The notes: generated from the letters alone by a model not told the origin. A stretch of DNA of 64,000 bases from an uncultured bacterium (GCA_963801165.1 CAWDDT010000004.1:736001-800000); one strand, 5' to 3'. Numbered from the stretch's first letter, positions 9,869 to 21,447 are shown. Numbers and translations: made by a program.

Positions 9869-11389
9869 ATGCGATTCAACGACATCTTCAAGGCGTACGA
9901 CATAAGGGGAACCGTCCCCGATCAACTCGACGAGGAGGCCGCACGCCGGATCGGCGCCGCGTTCGCTCGTTTTGCCGGTGCCGGCCGCATCGCGGTCGGT
10001 CAGGACTGTCGTGAGTCATCCCCGGGCCTCGCCGCGGCGCTCATCGACGGCATCACGTCCCAGGGCGTCGACGTCGACGACCTCGGGATGATCACGACCG
10101 ACATGGTCTATTACGCCACCGGGGCTCTCGATCGACCCGGGGCCATGATCACCGCCAGCCACAATCCCAAGGGCTACAACGGGATCAAGCTCTGTCTGGC
10201 CGGGGCAGCTCCTGTCGGGGTCGACACCGGGCTCGTCGAGATCAAGAACTGGGCCGAAGAAGGGATCGAGTCTGCCGGGGTGAGCGGCGAAGCAACCAAC
10301 ACCGACGTGCTGTCCGGCTACATCGACCACCTGATGTCGATTGTGGACACTGCGCAGATGTCGGAGTTGAGCGTCATCGTCGACGGCGGCAACGGGGTCG
10401 CCGGGGTGGCCGTTCCCACCGTCTTCGACAGAATCCCGGCGCGGCTGACCGGTCTTTACCTCGAGCCGGACGGGGACTTCCCCAACCATCATCCCGACCC
10501 GCTCCGTCCTGAGAATCTCGTTGACCTGGAAGCCCGGATGCGTACCGAGCCGTACGACCTCGGCGTCGCCTTTGACGGAGATGCCGATCGCGCGTTCTTT
10601 ATCGACGACGGGCTCCGGCCCCTGCCGGGCAGCACCATCACGGCAATCATCGCAGGATGGTTTCTGAGTAAACACCCGGGCGAGAAGATCGTCCACAACC
10701 TCATCTGCTCGAAGGTTGTGCCGGAATCGGTGCTCGCCGCCGGTGGTGAGCCGGTGCGAACCCGTGTCGGCCATTCGTACATCAAACAGGTGATGAAGGA
10801 GACGGGAGCCATCTTCGGAGGCGAGCATTCCGGCCACTACTACTTCCGCGACAACTACCGGGCCGACTCGGGAATCCTGGCAATGCTGGTGCTTCTCCAG
10901 GTTCTTGCCGAGGACGGCAGGCCGCTATCGGAGCTGCGCACCCAATACGAGCCTTATGCGCAGTCGGGCGAGATCAACTTTGATGTTCGAGACAAGGAAG
11001 CGGCCATCGCCACGATCGCAGCAGAGTTCTCCGGGAAGCAGGATCGGCTCGATGGCTTGACGATTGATCAGGGCACGACCTGGTTTAACGTGCGTCCTTC
11101 CAACACCGAGCCCGTGCTCAGGCTCAACGTCGAGGCGCCCACAGCAGAGGAGGTCGCCGTAGTTGTTGAGCGGGTGAGGTCGATTGTTGCGGCAGGTTCG
11201 CGAGGCGGTCCGCGAGAAGGAGGCCTTTTGCCGCCAGGGCTCCTCGACATCCTGAGATGTCCCTCCTGTCACGAAACGCTGCGCGAGATCGAGGATCCGC
11301 CCTCGCTGTTGTGCACCGGCTGCGGGCTGCGATACCCGGTCGAGGATGGCATCCCGGTGATGCTCATCGAAGAAGCTCAGCCGACGTAG
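9869..11389 (+). CDS. manB: Phosphomannomutase/phosphoglucomutase fused to a C-terminal Trm112-like domain
   Basis: FKAYDIRG, TASHNP, DGDADR, GEHSGH, RPSNTEP; C-terminal LLDILRCPSC...CTGCGLRYPVEDGIPVML. Confidence 0.9.
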   Translation: MRFNDIFKAYDIRGTVPDQLDEEAARRIGAAFARFAGAGRIAVGQDCRESSPGLAAALIDGITSQGVDVDDLGMITTDMVYYATGALDRPGAMITASHNPKGYNGIKLCLAGAAPVGVDTGLVEIKNWAEEGIESAGVSGEATNTDVLSGYIDHLMSIVDTAQMSELSVIVDGGNGVAGVAVPTVFDRIPARLTGLYLEPDGDFPNHHPDPLRPENLVDLEARMRTEPYDLGVAFDGDADRAFFIDDGLRPLPGSTITAIIAGWFLSKHPGEKIVHNLICSKVVPESVLAAGGEPVRTRVGHSYIKQVMKETGAIFGGEHSGHYYFRDNYRADSGILAMLVLLQVLAEDGRPLSELRTQYEPYAQSGEINFDVRDKEAAIATIAAEFSGKQDRLDGLTIDQGTTWFNVRPSNTEPVLRLNVEAPTAEEVAVVVERVRSIVAAGSRGGPREGGLLPPGLLDILRCPSCHETLREIEDPPSLLCTGCGLRYPVEDGIPVMLIEEAQPT

Positions 11390-11435
11390 GCAGCTTGGTG
11401 TTCGGATGCGATCGAACTTCAACCGACCCTTTGCG

Positions 11436-11795
11436 CTAGGGCGCGCTCGTACCCTCGCGGCCGTAGTCGTCTTCCAGGCGGACTACGTCGTCCAGTTCTG
11501 GTGATGACACCTCGATGAGTTTGACGTCGGTAATCGCCTCGAAGCGATGGACCAGTCCCGTTGGGATCCGCCGGAACTCGCCCGGGCCCATCTCGATTTG
11601 CTCGACCTCACCCCGGTCGTTCTCGAGATGGAGGTTGAGCGTCCCGTCGACCACGTAGATGGACTCATCTTTCTCGCGATGGAGCTGCAGGGAGAGCCGT
11701 TTCCGGGCATCGATCGAGATCAGTTTTCCGACGTACCGATCGGTATGTGTCCAGATCAGCTCACTGCCCCACGGCTTTTTCACGAACGTGCTCAT
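11436..11795 (-). CDS. Cupin protein (mannose-6-phosphate isomerase type II-like)
   Basis: [33 protein letters not shown]. Confidence 0.82.
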   Translation of the reverse strand: MSTFVKKPWGSELIWTHTDRYVGKLISIDARKRLSLQLHREKDESIYVVDGTLNLHLENDRGEVEQIEMGPGEFRRIPTGLVHRFEAITDVKLIEVSSPELDDVVRLEDDYGREGTSAP

Positions 11796-11865
11796 CGCCC
11801 CTCCTGGCCAGGATCGCGTTCCAGCAGGTTAGCGTTAGGGGACAATCGCCCCGGTATGGAGGAAC

Positions 11866-11920
11866 CATCGTGGATTATGACATCGTGGATCATGACGTCG
11901 TGGATCATGACGTCGCGGAT
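11866..11920 (+). repeat. 15-bp tandem repeat C(A/G)TCGTGGAT(T/C)ATGA, about 3.7 copies, over the ahcY start
   Basis: Encodes [17 protein letters not shown]. Confidence 0.9.
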
Positions 11921-13147
11921 TCGACGCTGGCTGAGCTCGGCGACCGCCGCATCGAATGGGCCGAGCGCCGTATGCCGGTGTTGCGGGCCATAAGGGAGCG
12001 CTTCGGACGCGAGAAGCCCTTGACCGGTGTGACGGTCGGCGCATGCATGCATGTCACCTCGGAGACCGCGAATCTGATGCACGTGCTGCGTGCCGGTGGG
12101 GCCCGGGTGAGCCTGTGCGCATCGAACCCGCTTTCGACCCAGGATGACGTCGCCGCCGCGTTGGTTGCGGCCGGGATACCGGTGTTCGCGATACGTGGCG
12201 AAGACTCCGACACGTTCTACCGCCACATCAGCGCCGTTCTGGACACCAGGCCAGATCTTGTGTTCGACGATGGTTGTGACATGACAACGGTCCTTCACGA
12301 GCAGCGGGCGGACCAGCCCGTGATTGGTGGCATGGAGGAGACGACCACCGGTGTGATCCGTCTCCGTGCGATGCAGAAGGCCGGCGTGCTCCGATTTCCG
12401 GTTGTCGCCGTGAACGATTCGGACACCAAGCATCTGTTCGACAACCGGCACGGCACCGGGCAATCGTCGCTCGACGGGATCCTGCGCGCCTCCAACATCC
12501 TGTTTGCCGGTCGGACGGTCGTTGTGGCCGGATACGGCGATTGTGGGTACGGCATCGCCAACAGAGCAGACGGGCTAGGGGCCAGCGTGATCGTCGTCGA
12601 GTCGAACCCGGTGCGTGCGCTCTCGGCCGCCATGGACGGCCACCGGGTGATGACCAGCCGCGACGCGGCACCTCTCGGTGATGTGTTCATCTCTGCGACC
12701 GGTGACATCCACGTCTTCCGCAAGGAGCACTTTGCGGTGATGAAGGACAGCGCCATTCTGGCCAATGCCGGTCACTTCGATGTGGAGCTTGACCTGAAGG
12801 AGCTGGCCGAGATGGCCCAAGGCTACCGTGAGCTCAGGGACAATCTCGGCGAGTATGCCCTCCCGGACGGGAAACGTCTGATGGTCGTTGCCGAGGGCCG
12901 GTTGGTGAACCTGGGTGCCGCGGAGGGTCACCCGGCTGACGTCATGGACATGTCGTTCGCCGACCAGGCGCTCGCAGCCGAGTGGTTGAAGGAGAACGGC
13001 CCATCGCTCGACCCCGACGTCTACGTGCTACCTCAGGAGCTCGACTACGAGGTAGCCCGGCTCAAGCTGGAGTCGATGGGCGGAGGCCTCGAGATTCTGA
13101 CGGCGGAGCAGGACGACTACCTGGGTTCGTGGCAGCACGGGACCTGA
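11870..13147 (+). CDS. ahcY: Adenosylhomocysteinase
   Basis: [40 protein letters not shown]; GGAGGA RBS before GTG 11870. Confidence 0.96.
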   Translation: MDYDIVDHDVVDHDVADSTLAELGDRRIEWAERRMPVLRAIRERFGREKPLTGVTVGACMHVTSETANLMHVLRAGGARVSLCASNPLSTQDDVAAALVAAGIPVFAIRGEDSDTFYRHISAVLDTRPDLVFDDGCDMTTVLHEQRADQPVIGGMEETTTGVIRLRAMQKAGVLRFPVVAVNDSDTKHLFDNRHGTGQSSLDGILRASNILFAGRTVVVAGYGDCGYGIANRADGLGASVIVVESNPVRALSAAMDGHRVMTSRDAAPLGDVFISATGDIHVFRKEHFAVMKDSAILANAGHFDVELDLKELAEMAQGYRELRDNLGEYALPDGKRLMVVAEGRLVNLGAAEGHPADVMDMSFADQALAAEWLKENGPSLDPDVYVLPQELDYEVARLKLESMGGGLEILTAEQDDYLGSWQHGT

Positions 13148-13171
13148 GACGGAATCCGCACCGGCGTCTGG

Positions 13172-13993
13172 TCATGACCTGGCTTCGGCTGCCGCCCGGT
13201 TGCCGACGACACGCAGATCGACAAGCACTTTGTCGTCGTCGCGGCGGCGTCTGTCGGCGCCGGCGACGATCGTACGGATCTGCTCGTCGCTGAGCCGGTT
13301 GTGTCGGAGAAGCGCATCTCGGAGCTCGACAACCAAATGCCGATTTTCCAATATGGTTCTCACCGTGTCCTGCTTGACTGCGCGGAGGAGCGTTTCGAGG
13401 TCTTTGCGTGTTCTGGCGTCGTCTAGGACCCTCCTGGTGAACTCGCGCCTGCCCCGTGTTGCCGACGCCAGTGACACCGGCGACTCGGTCATTCCGTACC
13501 GTCCGACCATGTTGATGGCGATATCCGTGGCCCGGGCGAGATCTGCCGCCGCATGGGCGGCGCTCTCCCCGGCGAACAGCTCCTCGGCCACCGCACCGCC
13601 CAGGATGACCAACATTTCGGATCGCAGCGCCGTCTCGGTAGAGGGTGTCACTACCGACCTCGGAGGGTTGCAGCCTCCGCTCAATGTGACGTTCCGGATA
13701 CGGCTCGGATCGGTGACGTGGGCGGCCACGATGTGACCAGCCTGGTGGGTGGCCAGCATCTGGCGCAGTGCGGGGATGGCGAGTGCCGATCCGCTCAGCC
13801 GGGTGCGCCACAGTGCCAAAACGAGAGCGACAGTGATCGTCGAGAGGAATATGGTCAGCGCCACGTAGGCGCTGCGGACAGCGATCTGCCGGTATGGGGC
13901 GATGGTGATCAGACCCCACAGCCCGAGGTTGACAACGACCAGCCCGGCTACAGCTGCTCGATCGCGAAGATATCGGCCGTCGTGCCCGCTCAT
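13172..13993 (-). CDS. Membrane-anchored FtsH/M41 protease-like domain without AAA ATPase; HQAGH motif
   Basis: Two TM segments, then ATHQAGH, LGGAVAEEL, ADLARATDIAINMVGRYGM. Confidence 0.75.
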   Translation of the reverse strand: MSGHDGRYLRDRAAVAGLVVVNLGLWGLITIAPYRQIAVRSAYVALTIFLSTITVALVLALWRTRLSGSALAIPALRQMLATHQAGHIVAAHVTDPSRIRNVTLSGGCNPPRSVVTPSTETALRSEMLVILGGAVAEELFAGESAAHAAADLARATDIAINMVGRYGMTESPVSLASATRGRREFTRRVLDDARTRKDLETLLRAVKQDTVRTILENRHLVVELRDALLRHNRLSDEQIRTIVAGADRRRRDDDKVLVDLRVVGNRAAAEARS

Positions 13994-14162
13994 TCCTACC
14001 TACGTCTCTCGTACCCCGGTGGGGTCTTGTACGCCAATCCCAAACCGATAGTAGAACACTCTAAGTATTGCGGTTAGCCACATATAGTGGTCTTCCCGTG
14101 GAACTAGTCATCCTCCTGACTCGAAATGCGGGTGTGTCCCCGCCGGTTGATACGGTGCTCAA

Positions 14163-14777
14163 ATGGCTATTTGCCTCACCTGTAGCTCATGGTCCCGGAA
14201 CCCGTTGTGTGTGCGGTGCCGGCGGCTCCTGGTTCCCGTTGGCCCGGTCGCCGAGCATGGCGTCGAGGTGTGCAGCGGATACCGGCATGAGACGGTTGCC
14301 CGTCGCCTTGTCCATCTGCTCAAGTATCACGGGATAGTCGCCGCGGCGGTGCCCCTTGCCGACGCTATGGCCCACCGGTTGCCTGCAGACACGGCAGGTT
14401 TGATCCCTGTTCCCCGGGCCCTAGTGCGCCGGTCGCGGTACGGCGTCGATCCTGCCGTCGAGTTGGCGACTCGAGTTTCCCGGATCACAGGTATCCCGGT
14501 CTTGACGCTGCTGCGCTCCCGGCTGTGGTGGCCCGCACACGCCGGTAACGATCGTGTCTCGCGCCGAACGCCGCGGTTTCGTCTCGTCGATTGTGCGCCA
14601 TCGGGTGCGCTTCTGGTCGACGATGTGCTCACCACGGGTGTCACCCTGGCGACGGCGGGCGAGTTGGTCGGGGTGCGCCGTGCGGTCACCGGCACCCGAG
14701 CCTGTGTTGCAGGGTTTGATAGGATTGGTGCAGACCGACAGCAACAGCGGAGTAGCTTTGCCAAGAGCACTCGATAG
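14163..14777 (+). CDS. comF: ComF-family phosphoribosyltransferase-like protein
   Basis: N-terminal CxxC/CxxC, LKY, LVDDVLTTGVT; lies upstream of hpf. Confidence 0.82.
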   Translation: MAICLTCSSWSRNPLCVRCRRLLVPVGPVAEHGVEVCSGYRHETVARRLVHLLKYHGIVAAAVPLADAMAHRLPADTAGLIPVPRALVRRSRYGVDPAVELATRVSRITGIPVLTLLRSRLWWPAHAGNDRVSRRTPRFRLVDCAPSGALLVDDVLTTGVTLATAGELVGVRRAVTGTRACVAGFDRIGADRQQQRSSFAKSTR

Positions 14778-14867
14778 CATCTCGATCCTTCGGGTGGAGA
14801 CGCGGTTGGGAAGATCCGTAGGTCGATCCCCACGATTTCTGAGTTCGCCCTGTCGAAAGGAGCCAAG

Positions 14868-15419
14868 GTGGACGTACGCGTACACGGTAGAAACGCCCGA
14901 GTCGACGACAAGGTATCGGAGCTGGCCGCCGAGAAGATTGGTCACGCTGGACGTATCTTCGACGACGGTGCGGTTGCCGATGTCGAGCTGTCGGAGTTGC
15001 GGAACCCGCGCCTGTCCGATCTGCGTTTCAAAGTGGAGGTGACGACCCATACCGCCGGCAACACCGTACGCGTTGTCTCTACGGCTCCCGACGCTCTGGC
15101 TGCGGTCGATCTCGCCGCCGCCAAGTTTGAGCGGCAGCTGCGCCGTCTCAAGGAGAGGCTCATCCAGAGGTCGCGCAAGCGGGACAACAAACTGCTCAAT
15201 GAGGTTCCGCCGATGTCCGATGAAGACGGGGACGACGGGCCGCTGCCAATCGTGCGTACCAAACGCTTTGCGATGCGGCCAATGACAGCGGAGGAAGCTG
15301 GATTGCAGATGGAGATGCTCGGACATGACTTCTTCTTCTTCCTTGACGCCGAGAGCGGCAAGTTCAGCGTCCTGTACCACCGCGATGACGGAGATCTAGG
15401 ACTTATCGAGCCCGAATGA
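14868..15419 (+). CDS. hpf: Ribosome hibernation promoting factor (long HPF)
   Basis: S30AE N-domain plus PMTAEEAGLQMEMLGHDFFFF C-domain; AAAGGAG RBS. Confidence 0.93.
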   Translation: MDVRVHGRNARVDDKVSELAAEKIGHAGRIFDDGAVADVELSELRNPRLSDLRFKVEVTTHTAGNTVRVVSTAPDALAAVDLAAAKFERQLRRLKERLIQRSRKRDNKLLNEVPPMSDEDGDDGPLPIVRTKRFAMRPMTAEEAGLQMEMLGHDFFFFLDAESGKFSVLYHRDDGDLGLIEPE

Positions 15420-16066
15420 CACGATTGCTTGTAGTTGATGATGTGCCCCTGTTCAGGGCCGGGTTGTCCTCGGCCCTCAACGAGGCAGGCTTCGAGGTTG
15501 TCGGTGAGGCCGGCAACGCCGAGGATGCCGTCGCGCAAGCTGAGATGCATCAGCCCGATCTTGTGCTACTCGACGTTCTCATGCCGGGGCTTTCCGGTCT
15601 CGACGTCGTCGGTAAGATCGGCGCCGTTTCGGAGGATTCGCAGGTGATTCTGCTCACGGGCAGCGAGTCTGAAGAGGACATGATCCAGGCGATCAAGTCC
15701 GGAGCGCGTGGCTACATCGTCAAGGATATGCCGTTTGCCCACCTCGTCGATCTGATCCGTGCGGTCTCTGACGGTGGCGCTGCGTTCTCGCCCAAGATGG
15801 CCGGGAAGGTGGTCGACGTGCTCCGCCAACTGCTACGGCACCAGGAGCTGTTCAAGTCACGCAAACCGACTCTCACCGGTCGGGAGATCGAGGTTCTCCA
15901 GTTTGTCGCCAAGGGGATGACGAGCCGGGAGATCGGCGACCGCCTCTTCATCTCGGAGAACACGGTCAAGAACCACATCCGCAACATCCTCGACAAGCTC
16001 GGTCTCCATTCTCGCAACGAGGCCGTCCTCTACGCCCTACGCGAGGACTTCATAACCCTGGACTGA
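15416..16066 (+). CDS. NarL/LuxR-family response regulator
   Basis: REC domain (VVDD, LLDVLMP, K) plus HTH LTGREIEVL...ISENTVKNH; ATGA overlap with hpf. Confidence 0.93.
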   Translation: MTRLLVVDDVPLFRAGLSSALNEAGFEVVGEAGNAEDAVAQAEMHQPDLVLLDVLMPGLSGLDVVGKIGAVSEDSQVILLTGSESEEDMIQAIKSGARGYIVKDMPFAHLVDLIRAVSDGGAAFSPKMAGKVVDVLRQLLRHQELFKSRKPTLTGREIEVLQFVAKGMTSREIGDRLFISENTVKNHIRNILDKLGLHSRNEAVLYALREDFITLD

Positions 16067-16112
16067 GCGTCAGTTTCGCTGGCGTTTGAGTTCTGCGCCG
16101 CAGAGCTCAGGC
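16067..16112 (-). repeat. REP-like double hairpin; inverted copy of the 19110-19211 family
   Basis: Reverse complement TGAGCTCTGCGGCGCAGAACTCAAACGCCAGCGAAACTGACGC aligns with TGAGTTCTGCGCAGCAGAACTCAAACCTCAACGAAGTTGAGGC. Confidence 0.75.
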
Positions 16113-16192
16113 CCACGGCCAGGTTGCAGTCTTGCCACGGCTTCGCTGACACGTACCCAATACGCCCTCCTGTCCCTACAATTGGCTTCCAC

Positions 16193-18835
16193 ATGGACAT
16201 CTTCAACAAACTCCTGCGCGTCGGCGAAGGCAAACACCTCAAACAGCTCGAGAAGCTCGCAGTACTAGTGAACGATCTCGAACCGGAATATGAATCGCTC
16301 AGCGACGAGGAACTCCGTTCCAAGACCGGCGAATTCCGCGCCCGGCTGAAGGCGGGGGAGACCCTCGACGATATCGAAGCTGAAGCGTTTGCCACGGTCC
16401 GTGAGGCTGCAAAGCGTGTGCTCGGGCAGCGTCCCTACGACGTCCAGGTCGTAGGTGCCGGTGCGATGGCGCGGGGCATGATCGCCGAGATGAAGACCGG
16501 TGAGGGCAAGACTCTGGTTTCCACGATGCCGGCGTATCTGAATGCCCTGACCGGCAACGGCGTTCACATGGTCACCGTGAACGATTACCTGGTCGCCCGT
16601 GACGCAGACTGGATGGGAGCCGTCCATCGTTTCCTCGGTCTCGAGGTTGGTCTCATCCTCTCCAACATGACGCCCGCCGAGCGGCGGCCGGCGTACGCAG
16701 CCGACATCACATATGGCACCAACAACGAGTTCGGGTTCGACTACCTCCGCGACAACATGACCATGCGTCCCGAGGACATGGTGCAGCGGGGCCACGCCTA
16801 CGCCATTGTGGACGAGGTCGACTCGATCCTCGTCGATGAGGCCCGGACACCGCTCATCATCTCCGGTCGGGTGGGCGAAACGGGGAAGTGGTATCGCGAC
16901 TTCGCCCGTATCGCCAACACCCTTCATCGTGATATCCACTATGAGGTGGACGAGAAGAAGCGTCAGGTGATGACCACGGAGGACGGCGTTCACAAGGTCG
17001 AGCAGGTGCTCGGCGTCGAGAACATGTACGACTTCGCCAACGTCGACCTGATCCATCACCTCGACGTTGCGCTCAAGGCAAAGGAACTGTACGAGCGCGA
17101 CGTCGACTACCTGATCCGTGACGGTGAAGTCAAGATCGTCGACGAGTTCACCGGCCGTGTCCTCGACGGCAGGCGCTACTCGGAAGGTCTCCACCAGGGG
17201 ATCGAGGCAAAAGAGGGCGTCAGGATCAAGGAAGAGAACCAGACGCTGGCCACGATCACCCTGCAGAACTACTTCCGCATGTACGACAAGCTCGCCGGGA
17301 TGACCGGGACGGCAGCGACGGAGGCAGGCGAATTTAACGAGATCTACAAACTCAACGTGGTCGAGGTGCCTACCAACGTCCCCATCGCCCGGATCGATCA
17401 GGGCGACGTCGTCTATATCGACGAGGACGCCAAGTTCGATGCCCTTATCGCGGACATCACGGAGCGCCACAACAATGGTCAGCCCATTCTCGTCGGCACC
17501 GTCTCCATCGAGAAGTCGGAGCGGTTGTCGAACCATCTCAACAAGCGCGGCATAAAGCACGAGGTGCTCAATGCCAAGCAGCACAGCCGGGAGGCGCAGA
17601 TCATCGCCCAGGCCGGTCAGCCCGGTGCTGTGACCGTTGCCACCAACATGGCCGGTCGTGGCGTCGACATCGCCCTTGGCGGCAATGCCGAGGAGCTGGC
17701 GAAGGCGGAGCTCCGCAGACAAGAGATGTACAAGGACAACGAGGGATACGACGAAGAGCTGGCGCGGCTGACCGAGAAGTACGCCGAGGAAACAGGCTCG
17801 GCCCGCGAGCGAGTGCTGGCCGCCGGCGGTCTCTACGTGCTCGGCACCGAACGTCACGAGTCCCGGCGGATCGACAACCAGTTGCGCGGTCGGTCCGGGC
17901 GCCAGGGTGACCCGGGCGAGTCGCGTTTCTACCTCTCGCTCGAGGACGACTTGATGCGCCGGTTCGCCCACGACCGGGTCGCGTCGATCATGACCCGGCT
18001 CAAGATCCCGCGCGACGTGCCCATCGAGCACAAGATGGTGAGCAAGGCCGTCGAACGAGCGCAGAGCCAGGTGGAGGCGCAGAACTTCGAGATCCGCAAG
18101 AACGTTCTCGAATACGACGAGGTGATGAACACCCAGCGAAAGATCATCTACGAATGGCGGAACCGCATCCTCCTCGGCGAGGATCCCGGGCCGCTGATCG
18201 CCGGATGGCGCACCGAGGTCATCGAAGGTCATGTGCGCGCCCTGACCGAGAAAATCGATCCGGATGAGTGGGATTGGGATGCGCTGACCGAGCAGCTCAC
18301 GACGATCTACACCCCGTCGATTGGTCGAGACAGCTTCGACCATCCCCTCGATCTCACTCCCGATGAGGCGGTTGACGCCTATCTCGAGGACGCCGTCAAT
18401 GCCTACGAGGCGCGCGAGGAGGAGCTCGGCGCTGAGGTGCTACACCGGCTGGAACGAACCGTCACGCTGTCAATCATCGACAACAAGTGGCGTGAGCACC
18501 TGGCGGATATGGACTACCTGCGTTCCGGCATCGGGCTACGCGCGATGGCGCAGAAAGACCCTCTCGTCGAGTACCAGCGCGAGGGATACGACATGTTCTC
18601 CGAGCTCGTGGATTCCGTCAAGGAAGACACGCTGCGATACATGTACCACGTCAGGGTCGAGCGCCAGCAGGCTCCGCAACGGCCGGCGGCGATTCAGACC
18701 TCGGGTCCCGACTCATCGAAGCGCACCGTCCGCGTCAAGGACAAGATCGGTCGCAACGATCCTTGCCCGTGCGGCTCGGGCAAGAAGTACAAGGTATGTC
18801 ACGGCAAGGCCGGCGCCGCGCCACTGGCCGGCTGA
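16193..18835 (+). CDS. secA: Preprotein translocase subunit SecA
   Basis: [52 protein letters not shown] motif [15 protein letters not shown]. Confidence 0.98.
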   Translation: MDIFNKLLRVGEGKHLKQLEKLAVLVNDLEPEYESLSDEELRSKTGEFRARLKAGETLDDIEAEAFATVREAAKRVLGQRPYDVQVVGAGAMARGMIAEMKTGEGKTLVSTMPAYLNALTGNGVHMVTVNDYLVARDADWMGAVHRFLGLEVGLILSNMTPAERRPAYAADITYGTNNEFGFDYLRDNMTMRPEDMVQRGHAYAIVDEVDSILVDEARTPLIISGRVGETGKWYRDFARIANTLHRDIHYEVDEKKRQVMTTEDGVHKVEQVLGVENMYDFANVDLIHHLDVALKAKELYERDVDYLIRDGEVKIVDEFTGRVLDGRRYSEGLHQGIEAKEGVRIKEENQTLATITLQNYFRMYDKLAGMTGTAATEAGEFNEIYKLNVVEVPTNVPIARIDQGDVVYIDEDAKFDALIADITERHNNGQPILVGTVSIEKSERLSNHLNKRGIKHEVLNAKQHSREAQIIAQAGQPGAVTVATNMAGRGVDIALGGNAEELAKAELRRQEMYKDNEGYDEELARLTEKYAEETGSARERVLAAGGLYVLGTERHESRRIDNQLRGRSGRQGDPGESRFYLSLEDDLMRRFAHDRVASIMTRLKIPRDVPIEHKMVSKAVERAQSQVEAQNFEIRKNVLEYDEVMNTQRKIIYEWRNRILLGEDPGPLIAGWRTEVIEGHVRALTEKIDPDEWDWDALTEQLTTIYTPSIGRDSFDHPLDLTPDEAVDAYLEDAVNAYEAREEELGAEVLHRLERTVTLSIIDNKWREHLADMDYLRSGIGLRAMAQKDPLVEYQREGYDMFSELVDSVKEDTLRYMYHVRVERQQAPQRPAAIQTSGPDSSKRTVRVKDKIGRNDPCPCGSGKKYKVCHGKAGAAPLAG

Positions 18836-18842
18836 GCGAACT

Positions 18843-19085
18843 CTCTTCTCCCTTTGGGGGAAGTGGCCGAGTGCAGCGAGGTCGATGGGGGCCTTGTGGA
18901 ATTCGGGATCTGAGAGAAGGACGGCCCTCCCCGACCTGGCCCTTCGGGCCGGTCGGCCCTCCCAGAGGGAGGGTGAATGCCTTTCCCGTGCGGCGGATTT
19001 CGCCGAGCGCAGCGGGGTCGGACCGGACGGCCCTCCCCGACCTGGCCCTTCGGGCCGGTCGGCCCTCCCAGAGGGAGGGTGAATG
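18843..19085 (+). repeat. BIME-like array of alternating GC-rich palindromes, including a 61-bp direct repeat
   Basis: GGACGGCCCTCCCCGACCTGGCCCTTCGGGCCGGTCGGCCCTCCCAGAGGGAGGGTGAATG at 18919-18979 and 19025-19085; each is preceded by a GCCGAG(T/C)GCAGCG(A/G)GGTCG hairpin. Confidence 0.88.
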
Positions 19086-19109
19086 ACCCAAACCTCAACG
19101 ATCCGCGCT

Positions 19110-19211
19110 GGCCGAGTTCTGCGCAGCCCAACTCAAACCTGAGCGAAGTTGAGGCGTCCCCTATGGCTGAGTTCTGCGCAGCAGAACTCAAACCTCAACG
19201 AAGTTGAGGCG
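19110..19211 (+). repeat. Two 47-bp REP-like double-hairpin units (period 55 bp), plus a fragment at 19089
   Basis: Units at 19110-19156 and 19165-19211. Confidence 0.85.
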
Positions 19212-19228
19212 ACTACCATCGCACAGCC

Positions 19229-20339
19229 ATGAACGACAACGATCCCCGTGCCATGATCGAGGAACTCCGCTCCCGCCTTGCCGATGCCCGGAGGTTCCTT
19301 TGACGTCGCGGGGAAAGAAGAGGAGCTAGCCGAGCTCCGCGATCTGGCGTCCGCACCCGATCTGTGGCACGACGCTGATCGCGCGCGGGAAGTCACACAG
19401 AAGCTGGCCCGGTACGAGGGGATCATCGAGAAGGTCGATGGCATTGAGGGGCGCATCGAAGACGCCGAGGTGCTCCTCGAGCTGGCTGCCGAGGAACACG
19501 ACACGCAGACGGGGAAGGAGGCGGCCGGCGAGATAGAGGGGCTCGATCGCGAGCTGACCCTTCTCGAGCGGGAGAGCCTGTTCTTCGGTGAGTATGACGA
19601 GAGGCCGGCGATCCTCAGCGTCCATGCCGGTGCCGGTGGCGTCGACGCCCAGGATTGGGCGGAGATGCTGCTCCGCATGTATGTCCGCTACCTGGAGCGC
19701 ACTCCGTTCAAGGTTGAGATCGACGAGATCCAGCCCGGTGAGGAAGCCGGGATCAAGTCGGCGACACTGACCATCAAGGGCGATCATGCGTACGGTTCTT
19801 TCGAAGGCGAGCGGGGAGTCCATCGGCTGGTACGAATCAGTCCGTTCGACTCGGCCGCTCGTCGGCACACGTCGTTTGCAGGTGTCGACGTGATCCCTGA
19901 GGTCGACGTCAGCGATGTCGAGATCAACCCCGAGGATCTGCGGATCGACACATACCGCTCGCAGGGTGCCGGCGGCCAGCACGTCAACACTTCAGATTCC
20001 GCGGTGCGAATCACCCACCTGCCGACCAACACCGTGGTTGCCTGCCAGAACGAGCGCTCCCAGCTGCAGAACAAGAACCGGGCGATGCAGATCCTGGCCG
20101 CCCGTCTCGCCGAGCTGGCGCGTCAGGACAGGCTCGACGAGATCATTTCGATCCGCGGTGAGCAAACCGAGGCGGGCTGGGGGCGCCAGATCCGCTCCTA
20201 CGTGATGCAGCCCTACCAGATGGTCAAGGATCTCCGGTCGGATGTGGAAGTGGGCAACATCAGCGGTGTCCTCGACGGCGACCTCGACCAATTCATCGAT
20301 GCCTACCTTCATTGGCGCCGGTCCCAACAGGAGGACTAG
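19229..20339 (+). CDS. prfB: Peptide chain release factor 2, with a programmed +1 frameshift at CTT-TGA-C (19298-19304)
   Basis: 24-codon first frame from ATG 19229 ends CGG AGG TTC CTT TGA C with an internal SD GGAGG; second frame carries SPF and GGQ. Confidence 0.96.
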
Positions 20340-20343
20340 ACAT

Positions 20344-20384
20344 CAGTTTCCAAATGTGTCGCTGCAAGTGACACACGGGAACTG
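20344..20384 (+). terminator. Hairpin after prfB
   Basis: CAGTTTCC..TGTGTCGCT-GCA-AGTGACACA..GGGAACTG; no U-tract. Confidence 0.4.
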
Positions 20385-20511
20385 CCCTCCGCAACACACG
20401 TGCTTGGTCTATCTCCCCATCGCAGGTACCATTCGCAGTCGGCGGCGGAGAACGGGAGAAGTTAAACGAGACTCTTGCGACCGGTGCGCTCCGGTCCGCA
20501 GAGGGAGTTAG

Positions 20512-21446
<935 letters not shown>

Positions 21447-21447
<1 letters not shown>

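Noticed and set aside
11796-11869. SAH or SAM riboswitch upstream of ahcY
   Set aside because: Only 74 bp, shared with a divergent gene, and no recognisable conserved core.
16265-18343. Long antisense ORFs (also 46656-48464, 53271-54665, 62797-63912)
   Set aside because: Shadows of GC3-rich genes on the opposite strand, with no recognisable motifs.
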